64,000 nt of DNA, taken from assembly GCA_030704615.1 (NCBI GenBank), contig CM060731.1, positions 9,052,001-9,116,000 of the forward strand. Reading direction: 5' to 3'. Position numbers and translations under genes: made by a program. The notes beneath the pieces were generated by a model. The model was not told the DNA's origin. It saw nothing but the letters and a program-made list of their open reading frames with translations, and searched no databases. This stretch comes from Takakia lepidozioides (Eukaryota > Plantae > Bryophyta). Below, one piece after another: positions 26,297 to 36,838 of this stretch. Each line of letters opens with the position of its first letter. The stretch's first letter is position 1.

Positions 26297-27528
26297 CTTC
26301 CTTCCTCGAGTATGTTTGTACCTTGCTATCGCAGATCTAGTGTAAATCGGTTTACTATTGTCTCCAGAACACAGTTGAAGAATGAGCAGAGAATATGGCG
26401 GAGGAAGCTCAGATAACGACTGTGCATATTATGTTATTCTTTCCAGATATGCAGCCGTCCATTTTAATTACTTTTCTTGTGGGCCCAGTGGTCAGAGTAT
26501 CCCTAGGGGCAGTGTCGGCAACTGTTAAACCGTTAATCAGAACCTCATCAATAAACCCAATAACAAAGCCGACTTCCTGGAAGCATGCCACAGGATCTGA
26601 GAATGGGATTGCAGATTAAGTAAATGTATCTATATACTACTACCAATGATCATGCGCACCTGGAAAGTTCCAAATGTGAAACGAATGTGGGGTTTGGCTA
26701 ACAAGGATGACCGTGTATGATATTCCAAAATTTGTCATCAAACTCTCGTTCATTTATATTTATTTGTTTAAGACTGCGCATCAATTTCTGGGATTCGCTG
26801 TTATTTTTAAATATTGAACCCGTTCTAATAAAGAACACGCCGTTTTTTTTGGGCGGCACACGTCAGACATCCATAACTGAATACGAACAGCTGTACACCA
26901 ATTGCTGGCATGTGCACTAATAAGGAAACGACTATGTGTAACGGTCACGCGGGAGGGAATCCGATGCTTCTAGAGACACGCAAGAACGCAGGCAATCCCG
27001 CAAGAAATCGGGAGTCACTGCGTTTTTCTACTTTTCGCGCTTAGAGGGAGAGTGGTAGTCAAGCTGGAGAGGGTTCCTTCTAGAATACGAAAGAGAAGAA
27101 AGTCTCTTTATTTTACTTCCCTTAGAGAGAGACGCAGAGCAAGAGAGAAAATGACGAGGCGTCGTTTGTTGGAGAACACAGGGCCAAGGCAGCAGGTGAA
27201 CGCGGAGACTGATTCACAAGAGCAGACGGAGACTGAGGCAGCGGCTGCGACACAGTCGGCGATAAGAGTGCGCCAGCCTGTGGAGGCAGAGATGATTCGC
27301 AGGGACACTGAAGAAGGTGGAAGCACGCGGAACGCCGAACCTGGAGAAGGTCAAGAAACCCTTGCGCAGACAGAAACTCCAGCAGATGTGAGAGGGAAGA
27401 GGAAAGCTGCTGAAGGGGATCAAATTTCAAAACCTAAGAAGGTGCCAGTAAGTTTTATCATATAGTCTGTCTGATTGCCTTTCAAGGAGTCCTTCTCTTC
27501 CCTTCTTTAGCAGGAACTACTGAATTGC

Positions 27529-27845
27529 GAGCGTCGTTAACGCCATTCGATTCTCCTCATGAGATTTATGTACCTATGTGTTTGAAGAGAGAGTCTGCAC
27601 TTACTATTCTCCCTAAACTACACTGAATGTCGTTGCCGCCAATCAGTTGCACATGTATGTCATTACACAACACCGATCCGGCAGGTCGTTATCTTTTGTG
27701 ATTGTCGTTAACGCCGTTCGCTATCGCTCTCGCTTTTGTTTTGAATACGGCAGTCTCAGCTTTGCATGTGTAGATTGTGCTGAATTCTTTCACACCATTC
27801 ATGGTGAGTTTCCTTGATACAGAGTGATGGTCGTTACCGCCATTC
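27529..27845. repeat. Four degenerate copies of the GAATGTCGTTRMCGMCATTC palindrome in intron 1 of the ParB-MTase gene
   Basis: Copies at 27529-27548, 27625-27644, 27700-27719 and 27826-27845. Confidence 0.7.
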
Positions 27846-29716
27846 ACTATTTGCAAATCACTCAGTCAGAACTGAATGGCATCGTGCAGAAAACTGTGAG
27901 GTCGAAGCCTACAGGATCAGAGGGGAAAGGATCTGGAGATGGGGACGAGTCCGCAAAAAGCTCAGAGAATACAGATGAAGCAGATGAATCCGAAGTGCAC
28001 TACCTTGACAAGGTGAAAGAACTCATGTCATTCCAGAAGGTAAACTCTCAGGAGGTTATAAGGGACATGCTCGTATCTGGAGGGCGTCTGGACATACCTC
28101 TGTGCCGGATGATATCAATGCCTGTTGTGCGTCCACCTCTTTCCCATGACATAACAAAATTGGAGAGTGATTTTGTGCATGGATATAGACTTGGTGCACA
28201 AGTTTTTTATGTGTCACTGACGGATATAAATGGGAAAAGCACATTAGTGTCTCCAGAGATCAGTGATAACTGGGATGAGTGCTGGAAAGATGCCAATGAG
28301 GAGTTCGAGCTGGGCCTCATGATGGGAAAGAACACCCAGCAATTCTGCAACCACATGTTCTACGTCTGGGACGGCAACCACCGATTGCTGGCATGGATGG
28401 GATACATTCAGAAACACCATTCGAAAGACAAAGACAAGCATGTTGCTGTGGAGGCAATGGTTTTGGATCCAGGAAACGACATCGCTAGGCTTCTTACAGC
28501 TATGCACGACGTGAACAAGTAAGTCATCCAGGAGATTTCATTCCCTCTGTAGTGTCTTGTTAATCCTCAAAAAACAGTGTTAAGGAATGCAATGTTTCCA
28601 ATGTTTTTGCAGATCGACAGAGAAATCGCATGTGACAACAAGCTTGGTTCACACACTATTCCGAATTCAGAGGATTGGTCTGATGAAGCTGGATGATTTT
28701 CGGACAGTACTACCACCCAATATCATCAAGAAGTGCGAAACAGGAAGAGCTGCAGGCACTTGGTATTCTTTGACACGAGAGGCGTTTCTGGAGTACATGT
28801 ATGCGGTAAGCCCGAGTCTGTAATCTGTTTACTTTTCGAATACATGTTTGTAGTCCCTTCGGAGCTAATCACTACTTGAATGAATGCAGCAAGAACTGGC
28901 AGAGGCAGCTGAGAAGGGAAAATCCGAATATTACCGCACTACACCAGAAGAACTAAGGACATCAAAGGGTGTGGAAGCTGCAATAAAGAAGGAGTTTGAA
29001 ATGCGAAGAACCAAATTGATGTCAGCCTTCGGAAAGCAGCTTAGAATAGTAGATCCTGGACTTGGTCCTGAGTTCCTTCAGCAGATCAAAACACACTATG
29101 ACAAGCATGTGCATCCGGAGATGCAGCAGGAGAAATTGCACCGGCTGGCCATATCGATGGTCGACCCACAAACAAAAATAAGGTGGCTGGAGATATGGAA
29201 CTCAGATCAAACAGTAAAGGACTTGAATCAGTTCCCAAAGAGCACCATACAGCCTGGCACAAAGGTGGAAGGAATCAGTGATTTGGTGTTTGATAACTGG
29301 CTCCACAAGGCTACATTTTGGAGTCAGGTGTGTATTCGAACATGCTGTTTCTTCTCTTCAAGTATGTGATGTGTATCTTTTTTGCAATTCTGACAAATAC
29401 TATTTGCAGCTCGAAAAGCGCGCCGTCATTGTGCTGGATCAGACTTTGAAGGACCTGAACATTGCGATTGTTTCCCCTCCCCAAATGTCATTGGAGGCAT
29501 ACATAAGGAAGTGGAGAGGTCTCACCTGGAGATACTGTTTTTTCCGGGAGTTCTCCAAAGATGGTAACATTTTACGGTCCAACGACTTTGACAGTCAGGT
29601 TGGAGGAGAGTGGGCCATGATGCGAGTTGTGTACAGGTGCAATGTCATACTTGAAACTCTACTGTTTTTTTGGGAAAAAATGTGGCTTCATATGGATTGC
29701 AATCTTAGATCCAGAT

Positions 29717-30439
29717 TGAATGTCGTTGACGACATTCACTTCTTTGTCTAAGTCATTCTTAAGCGAGTATATGAATTCACCTGGTTAGGATCTAAGGGTG
29801 CAATTATATTGTCCCTGATTAGAATTGATAATGTCCTTGAATGGCGTTGACGACATTCACATACGGAGTTGTTGAGAGGTCCTCAAAGTTATTTAAATTT
29901 TTGTAATGTCCATAGAGGTTACAGTGAGGGTTCCTCACTTCATTTTGCTGAATGTCAATGCAGACATTCAGTTGTTCTGCATTGTTTTTGCCTCTTGCGA
30001 TGAATGTGGAGGCTTGATAAGCTCTGTTTTAAGAAATCCAAAGTGAATGTCGTTGACGACATTCACAGCTGTGTCTGTATTATTCAACAGCGACAAATTC
30101 AATTTACATGGATTGGGGAGCTAAGTAATTGGTTTCTTTTTTGTATTTTTGTGAATGGCGTTGACGCCATTCACATACAGTGATGTTGTGAGGTCCTCAG
30201 TGATAGGTTCGTTATGAATGTGCATTGAGTTTGCCTGAGGGTTCCTTACTCAATTTTTTGATTTCCATCCTGTGATTTTGCTTCATTTAAGTAATAATTT
30301 GGCTTCATTAGTGAATGTCGTTGACGACATTCACTTCTATGTCTGTGTCATTTCTAAACGATAATTTGCATTCACCTGGATTAGGGTGTATTTACAGTGT
30401 CATTGAATGGAATGTTCTGAATGGCGTTGACGACATTCA
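29717..30439. repeat. Intronic array of 7 palindromes (TGAATGKCGT-TG-ACGMCATTCA) within three diverged ~270-330-bp units
   Basis: Copies start at 29717, 29838, 29949 (variant centre), 30044, 30152, 30312 and 30418. Flanks of alternate copies are homologous but much more diverged than the palindromes. Confidence 0.9.
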
Positions 30440-32899
30440 TATCTGGAGCAGTAGTGTGGTCCTGAAAGGTCCTTGGAGCAGTTCTCAGAGCCATTTCAAT
30501 CTATGTTTTATTCTTTCTGTTCTACTTGCATCTTACTCACTGAGCGCTTTTGTGGGTTGGGATTTATCTCCTTTTTTCAGGTACACGAAATATGTGCTTA
30601 TGGAAGGAAATCACCTGAGCGGAATTCCCGACTATCTTGACATGTGGTCGGACCCTGCAAACGATCCAACCATGTATACTGCAGGGATATTGAAGGACTG
30701 GAGTCCTTCTCACTTCAGAGACTGTGGGTGGTACCTTGACTGCCCACCTGAGCACACGACCTTTCAAGAACACATATGAAATACTTGAACAATAACGCTG
30801 AGATGCTGGCGCCTTTGACTGACGAAGAGTATCAACGAAACATAGCAACATTGGCTGCCAAGGAGCCTGATGCTCAGGGAACGCCGCAGAAGGGAAAGAA
30901 GGCGGGCCGCAAACCAAAAGACAAGGCTGTTGATGTCATAGCCATCTCACCAGCAAAGCCAAAGGACAAAGACAAGTCCAAAGAGAAGGAAAAGGACAAG
31001 GGGAAGGAGAATGAAAAGGAGATGGAGAGTGGGCAGGACTTTACTGCTGGAAGATATACCCGCACTCTTCAGTGCGTGTTCGATGCCAAGCCACACCCTT
31101 CCCGTTCTGATTCAGCAGGAGAGATGAAAATTGTTAATGAGGGTTGGCTTTCGATGATGCAGAGTCGAAAGAGAGGATACACTGGGGTGCCATCCCCTAC
31201 CTGGGACAATATAATCTCATTCCTCAATCTGGTGAGAATTCCAGTTTCTTTCCTTTTTCTCTGAAAGTTTCGTTGGCAGTATTTCAGTCTCGTTCTTTGA
31301 AAACAATCTTGCCATCGTTCTTATTAAAAACATGTCTGTTGCAGGTGAGCACAGGTCCCACCTTCGTGTGCGGTGTGCAGAAAACTTATGCGGCCGACAT
31401 TGTCATTCTCGACATCCCGGATGGCCAGGCTGTGCCAGAAGTTCTTCCAAAGGGCAAGACGCCAGGCTGGAACAAATTCGAGGACAACTACTGGAGTTGG
31501 GTGTTCGGGTTCTGTAACAATTTCCTCTCTGATGCAGGGACACTTCTGCTTTTTTAGTCATGTGACAATGATAGTCGTCGGGCATTGGCATCATACCTCA
31601 AGTCTTCAGGGTTTGAAGTTTTGCGCACATGGAATTGTGTGAACAGCCTATACCTTGTGAAAGGGGGTTTCCCTGGTCAGCTGGTATGCCGTCTCCCTTC
31701 TGCTTGTGCTTTGATCATGAGTTTCAATTTTCTCTGCAGCTCCACTCTAGTAGAATGTTTTATGATCGACACCGATCATCACCGATTCATGATTTTTTGT
31801 GTCAGAGTTCTGAATAGCCGATGTACACACTTCCACTATAGATTGTGTTTACCACACTAACCTGCTATCTTTGCCAGACGAGGATGTTCGAGGCGATCTG
31901 CCTGCGGAGGATTCGCACATCAAAGACACCATCCTCCATCCGCAGCTTTGAGATTTCTGACCAGGGTTGTTTCGTCAACCCCCCTATGAGCCCCATGTCG
32001 ATGACATTTTGTACAACTTCATGCAGTCCAGTCAGACTCTGAAGAGACCAGATGGCACTCCCTGGAGAGGTGCAAAGGAAAAGTCACCAGCATTCATACA
32101 AATACTGCTGGAGTCATGCAGCCACCGCTCTGCACGGGTGGTCGATCTTTCTGTGTCCACAGGTTCGTTTTTTCCCTTCCGAATTGGTTTCCTTTCAACA
32201 GTTTCATCTGCTTAAATCCCCCCCTCCAAACTGTTCATGTTCTCCTGTCTGGTGCAGGAGCAACTTACCACGCATGCAAGGCAGGCGGAAGAAGCCTTTT
32301 TGGCATGGAGGGTGATTCTGACCTCTACAACACTGTGCTCCTCCCCCTTTTGTCTGGCTCCACTTCAGGCACACAGACTGATCGGATTCAAATTCGAAAT
32401 GATGACGATCCCGAAGATAAGCAGGTCGACAACGACTTTTCATGTGAGTAAGTGCTAAACCCTCTTTGGGAGTCATACTCAATTTCTCGATAACATCAAA
32501 GTTACAGTACTAACTTTTTCAGGCTGTCTTTCAGGAAAGGCAGCGGTGGATCTTCAGGAGATACAGTCATTTCTGGCGAGTCTGTTTTCGACAGCCCCCT
32601 TTCCAATTTTCTGCTTCCTGTTTATGCCGAAGCAATGGCACTTCACGCGGCCGAGTCCCTATCCCCTGACTTTTTAGTGGCCAGCCGTAGGTGTATCCAG
32701 CGTGGATCCGGTGTTCTAAAATACTTAGACTTAGATGCAGAGGAAGAGGGGATACATTGTACTGACTCTGAGTCAGACTGAACTGTATTATTTTAATATT
32801 CATTTTCATATTATCTGGAAAACGTGAATCCCTTTCCTCCACCGTAGTTGTTCCTTTAGAACAAATAATAATCACAGAATCAACTTTCGTTTAAATTGC

Positions 32900-33265
32900 T
32901 ATATGTATGAATCCATCTCACAAACCTCCCTGACTCTTCTCATATCCATTGTGCATTCATCTACACTGTATTCATGCGTGCTCCATTCATGAAAGCTTCC
33001 TTTGTACAACATCCATTGTACATTCATCCTCTGTACTCTTTAATCCACCCCACAAACCTTCCACACTCATTTCATATACGTTGTGCATTCGTCAAAAGAT
33101 TTGGTCATGCATCTTCCTGTCATGAATTTTTGTCATTGCTCAACATCCATTATACATTCATCCATTTTACTCTTATCCATCCGTCATTCATCCATCTACA
33201 TACATTTTTCACACTCATCCATCTGTTTATCATCCAACTGTACATTCATCCATCCTTTATTCAAT
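32900..33265. repeat. Low-complexity CATCCAT/CATTCAT repeat tract in the right arm of the MULE
   Basis: Dense, dispersed CATCCAT, CATTCAT and TTCATCC words. Confidence 0.7.
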
Positions 33266-33564
33266 GCCTTTTATTATGTCGTCCAGCTTGTTTCCGCGGT
33301 AAAGGGTGCCAATCCGCGGGAATACACTCCACTTCTTTCTGGGCGCGTGGTGACGCGGCCTTCACGTGTGATGACGTGGACTGAGCCCCGTGACGTGGCG
33401 TGAGCGCAGTTGCGCTCACGCGCTCACGTGACCAGGCTCACGCAGAGGCATCCCCCCCTTGCACTTGTGGGGAATATTGGAAATGGGCTAGTGGAGAGGC
33501 TATGTAAGAGATGTCGGGAGGCGACCCACTTATATATGTATGAGTTTGTGTAAGTATGTGAAGC

Positions 33565-34426
33565 TTAACCCTAAAGGACGACGCAACCCAAATCATATCG
33601 TGTCATATTACTTGCCACACTCCAATTCCCATGGATGATAGTGGATGGAAGTTGAAGATGAATTGCAGATGTCAGAGAGGAGCACATGTGGGAATTTACA
33701 GCGATAAAAAATCATAAAAGCTCTGCTCCCTAGAATTTTGCAAAGTGCCAGGGTTTCAGAAAATCCAGTGTTAGAGCACCATTGACCTATTTACGTGGCA
33801 GCCGAATGGGCAATCTTGGCCGAATGGGCAATCTTCAAGATAACATGTAGGGCTGAAAATTTATCATAATGCCAAAAAATTTGGACAAGGCACCATGAAA
33901 TATTACTGTGCATTTACTTACCAGAGGAACCAAAAATACAACAGTCAGGCCTTGAGATTTTTTCTAACATGGAAGTGGGTTGCGGAGACAAATGTCACCT
34001 CATGGGTGTACTTGGGAAAGAAGCCAAAACAAGATAATTTACCCCCCAGATTTCACATACAAAGCACCCTATTTGAATTTTTGGAATTTTGGTCTGATTT
34101 TTTGGGGAGGCAGTAGTTTACTAGGTGCCATATAATCAGATTATGGAGGGCCTTTGTCTAGAAAGATTCAACTCGATAATGCAACTTTGTGGTCAAAGAA
34201 TTTTTTCCATGCAATTTTTGAATATATTTACAAATTGGGGCATATTAGGAATGCAATGGTCAATTTGTATATTTTTTGACAGGACATGGATCTAGTAGAT
34301 ATGCACATAAGTATAAGGTTCATCCCCATGGATGATTAGGGGTAAGAAGTTACACCCTCATCCATAAAGGGTATGCACCCTTTTTTAGTGGGCCCACCAA
34401 AAAATAGCTCGTCCTTTAGGGGTTAA
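33565..34426. mobile_element. Complete ~860-bp non-autonomous DNA transposon with TTAA flanks and CCC...GGG TIRs (piggyBac-like ends)
   Basis: TTAA-CCCTAAAGGACGA at 33565 and TCGTCCTTTAGGGG-TTAA ending at 34426. No ORF. Confidence 0.75.
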
Positions 34427-34707
34427 ATTTGTTCTTTGTCCTCCTATGAGGACTAATATATGTAGGTCTCATATAGCAGCTATGTTTGGGAACCTAGCCA
34501 TAAAAGCTACGTGGATTAGGTCGTTAGAGGGATCATGTGTATTTTTTCGAGGGGAAATGGTTTGCAAGTGTATTTTCTTCGGTATTACAAGTGCTCATGG
34601 CCCCTAGTGAGTTTTTTTTCCGCCATCCCAGTTTCTCAAATGCTATTCCATGGCCTGTACTGGTCCCTTTTTTGTTTAAAAAATAGAATAAATTGGGGTT
34701 AGTTGTT

Positions 34708-34750
34708 TGAGATTTGAAGAGATTTGTTAGAGATTTGTTAGAGATTTGAG
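34708..34750 (+). repeat. Short tandem repeat (GAGATTTGTTA-like, about 4 copies)
   Basis: gagatttgaagagatttgttagagatttgttagagatttgag. Confidence 0.8.
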
Positions 34751-36838
34751 AAAACATAATTTGTAAGGCGGTTGTGTATTATGTGGTATTATAACAAATG
34801 GATAATTGGTGTTGGTAGATTAATTTCATGACATGCGAAGTGTGTCCAAGCATTTGGATGGGGGCGTGGTGTCCATCTATCTGGGCTGATCGGACTATAA
34901 GAGAGAAATTGTGGTGCCGGCCGTACTTGGGGGTGCCCTGGTTTATATTGAGGAGTTTGGGGGTGTGTATGGGTTCACTGTGTCTGATCATTGTCACTCA
35001 TTACAACTATAGAATGGGGTCGTTGGGTCAAGCCATGAACACTAAATGTCTCTAGCTACCTTGGGACTTTCGAATCTTTAGAGGAGGTTTAGACAAACGT
35101 TGGCCATGTTGCTCCACAATTAGAAGGTGTCCATGTTCCAGCTTCCAAACGAAAGACAATCTAATCATTCGAGTGAAGTTAATGTCTGCGGAAAACTTAA
35201 CGGACTGCTAGAAGACCTAATAGCTGGTCTTCAACAGACTGGTGTGGCCCTCTCCTTACAGTCAACGATTGCTCATAACAAACTTAGCAGCCGTTTAGTG
35301 TGGCCGGGACCTAAGAATAAAATGTTGTTCCACTAGGCAAAGACATTCAAATCTGAGTGTCATTGTAAGACTTTTCACGAATGGTTCACGAACGGACATC
35401 TAGTTAAAGAGAAGTCAATCCTCGCATGAAACTATGCACAATTGTTTCATAGATGTTCCAAATCTGGTGTTGAACTATCTTCATGCAAAGACCAAATTCA
35501 AATTTGTACCAATGTGGGATTGATTTTCCTTGATAATTAATCTTCAATTACCACAAAATATGAAGGAGCACTTGCCCATAAAGCTGTAGAAATAAGCCTT
35601 ATGGCCAGCTTTTGCAAGGTTACTTTATGATCATTTGAGTCTCATTATGGCTCAGTATTTTGAAAGAGGTTATTTTCTTCTCTCACTATGACTAAGGGGC
35701 CTGATTTGATGGGAGCGATGCACTAATCGGCACATCTGAAATGCACATCTTCAAGTTCTATGTGAGCGGTCGCTCAGTCCCAGGTGTTCAATCTTTTAAT
35801 CCAAAAAAAAACAAAAAAAAACCAAAAAACAGAAAGAATGAATTCATAATGTGAGGTATAAAGTGCTACTTCTTATGATCTCACCCTTCCGATTATAAGA
35901 ACTGTATAAGAACTTTAAAAAAAAAAGGGGGGAACTGTATCCCTTAGATTCAGTTCTTCAGTCCCTGTCAGTCTTGCCTCGGGTTGCCATACCTTTAAAA
36001 TTCAATTCATTTTATGTTTTGACGCAAAGGGAACAAAGGCCCAAAATCGGATGGTCATATTACTCTTAAAAGACCAGGGATTGCACTGGTGAGTTCCCCT
36101 TTCTGGGTTCTTAAGAAAGTAAAATAAAATTGTGTTACGGCGCGGAGACTCGTTTTTCATCCTTCGTGGTTGTTTCCTGAGATTATGTTTTCCTCAGTTT
36201 TTATTTAATAAAATTTTCAGGGCCTCAGTCCCTGTTCTGCTTAAAAAATTAAAAAAATAATTTTTTTTTGAGTTGGGGTCGGCCTCACCATTGTTTGTGT
36301 TATGCCTCTCCGGCCATAAAGGGGGTCGGACAGGAGAACTGCACTTCAAATCATAGAAATGGAAAAAAGGAAAAAAAAGAAAAAGAAAAACGAAACCAGA
36401 GTCATAAGAGCATAGTGAGTGAGTAGCCTCATGGATGAAAGTTGGATGGCGTAGTGGGGCTGATGAGTTACATCTATTCAGGAGCAGGAGAGGGAGAGCA
36501 TTTATATGGCCACGAAGACAGTCCACTTTGCTTCCCTCCTCTCGAGGGGACGTGTGTGAGAGAGAGAGAGAGAGAGGAAAAAGGTTCTATGGTGAGATGA
36601 GACAAGACGAGAGCCCGAGTTGTGGAGGGGTGAGGAGATAGCGGAGTCATGCCTCACGTTTTGTGGACGGGTAGAGATTCACTTCAATGAGAGGGATTAC
36701 AATTTGGACTGGATGCACATGAGGTGCCTTTAGGGCAATGCGTAGTAACAGCTTCAAGAAAACCATGAAAATGCGTGAGATTTTGGTGAGAGCGCTCCTG
36801 GATTTGGATGGGAATGAGACGAGGATGTGAAGTGGGAA

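Larger units (their letters stand above)
27151..32451 (+). pseudogene. Transposon-borne spliced gene with ParB/Srx-like and beta-class N6A/N4C DNA methyltransferase-like domains
   Basis: Exons ~27151-27447, ~27866/27890-28518, 28613-28805, 28890-29327, 29410-29636, 30581-31231, 31345-31683, 31878-32162, 32258-32451 (GT-AG). FYVWDGNHR at ~28358-28384; ADIVILDIPDG at ~31393-31425; KEKSPAFIQILLESCS...VVDLSVSTG/ATYHACKAGGRSLFGMEGD. Lesions: frameshifts at ~30755 and ~31965, in-frame TAG at 31555. Confidence 0.7.
22175..33456. mobile_element. Mutator-like (MULE) DNA transposon, 11,282 bp, with degenerate TIRs and a 9-bp TSD
   Basis: Direct repeat CCTTGCACT at 22166-22174 and 33457-33465. Inverted subterminal GCGTGAGC arrays begin exactly 13 nt inside each end (22188 and 33443). 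The element encodes a MULE-type DDE transposase. Confidence 0.9.

Noticed and set aside
29717-30439. CRISPR array (palindromic repeats with spacers)
   Set aside because: It lies in a spliceosomal intron, the spacers are long and irregular (about 70-140 nt) and homologous to each other in alternation, and no cas genes are present.
32974-33403. His/Ile/Ser-rich ORFs
   Set aside because: They are translations of the CATCCAT low-complexity tract.
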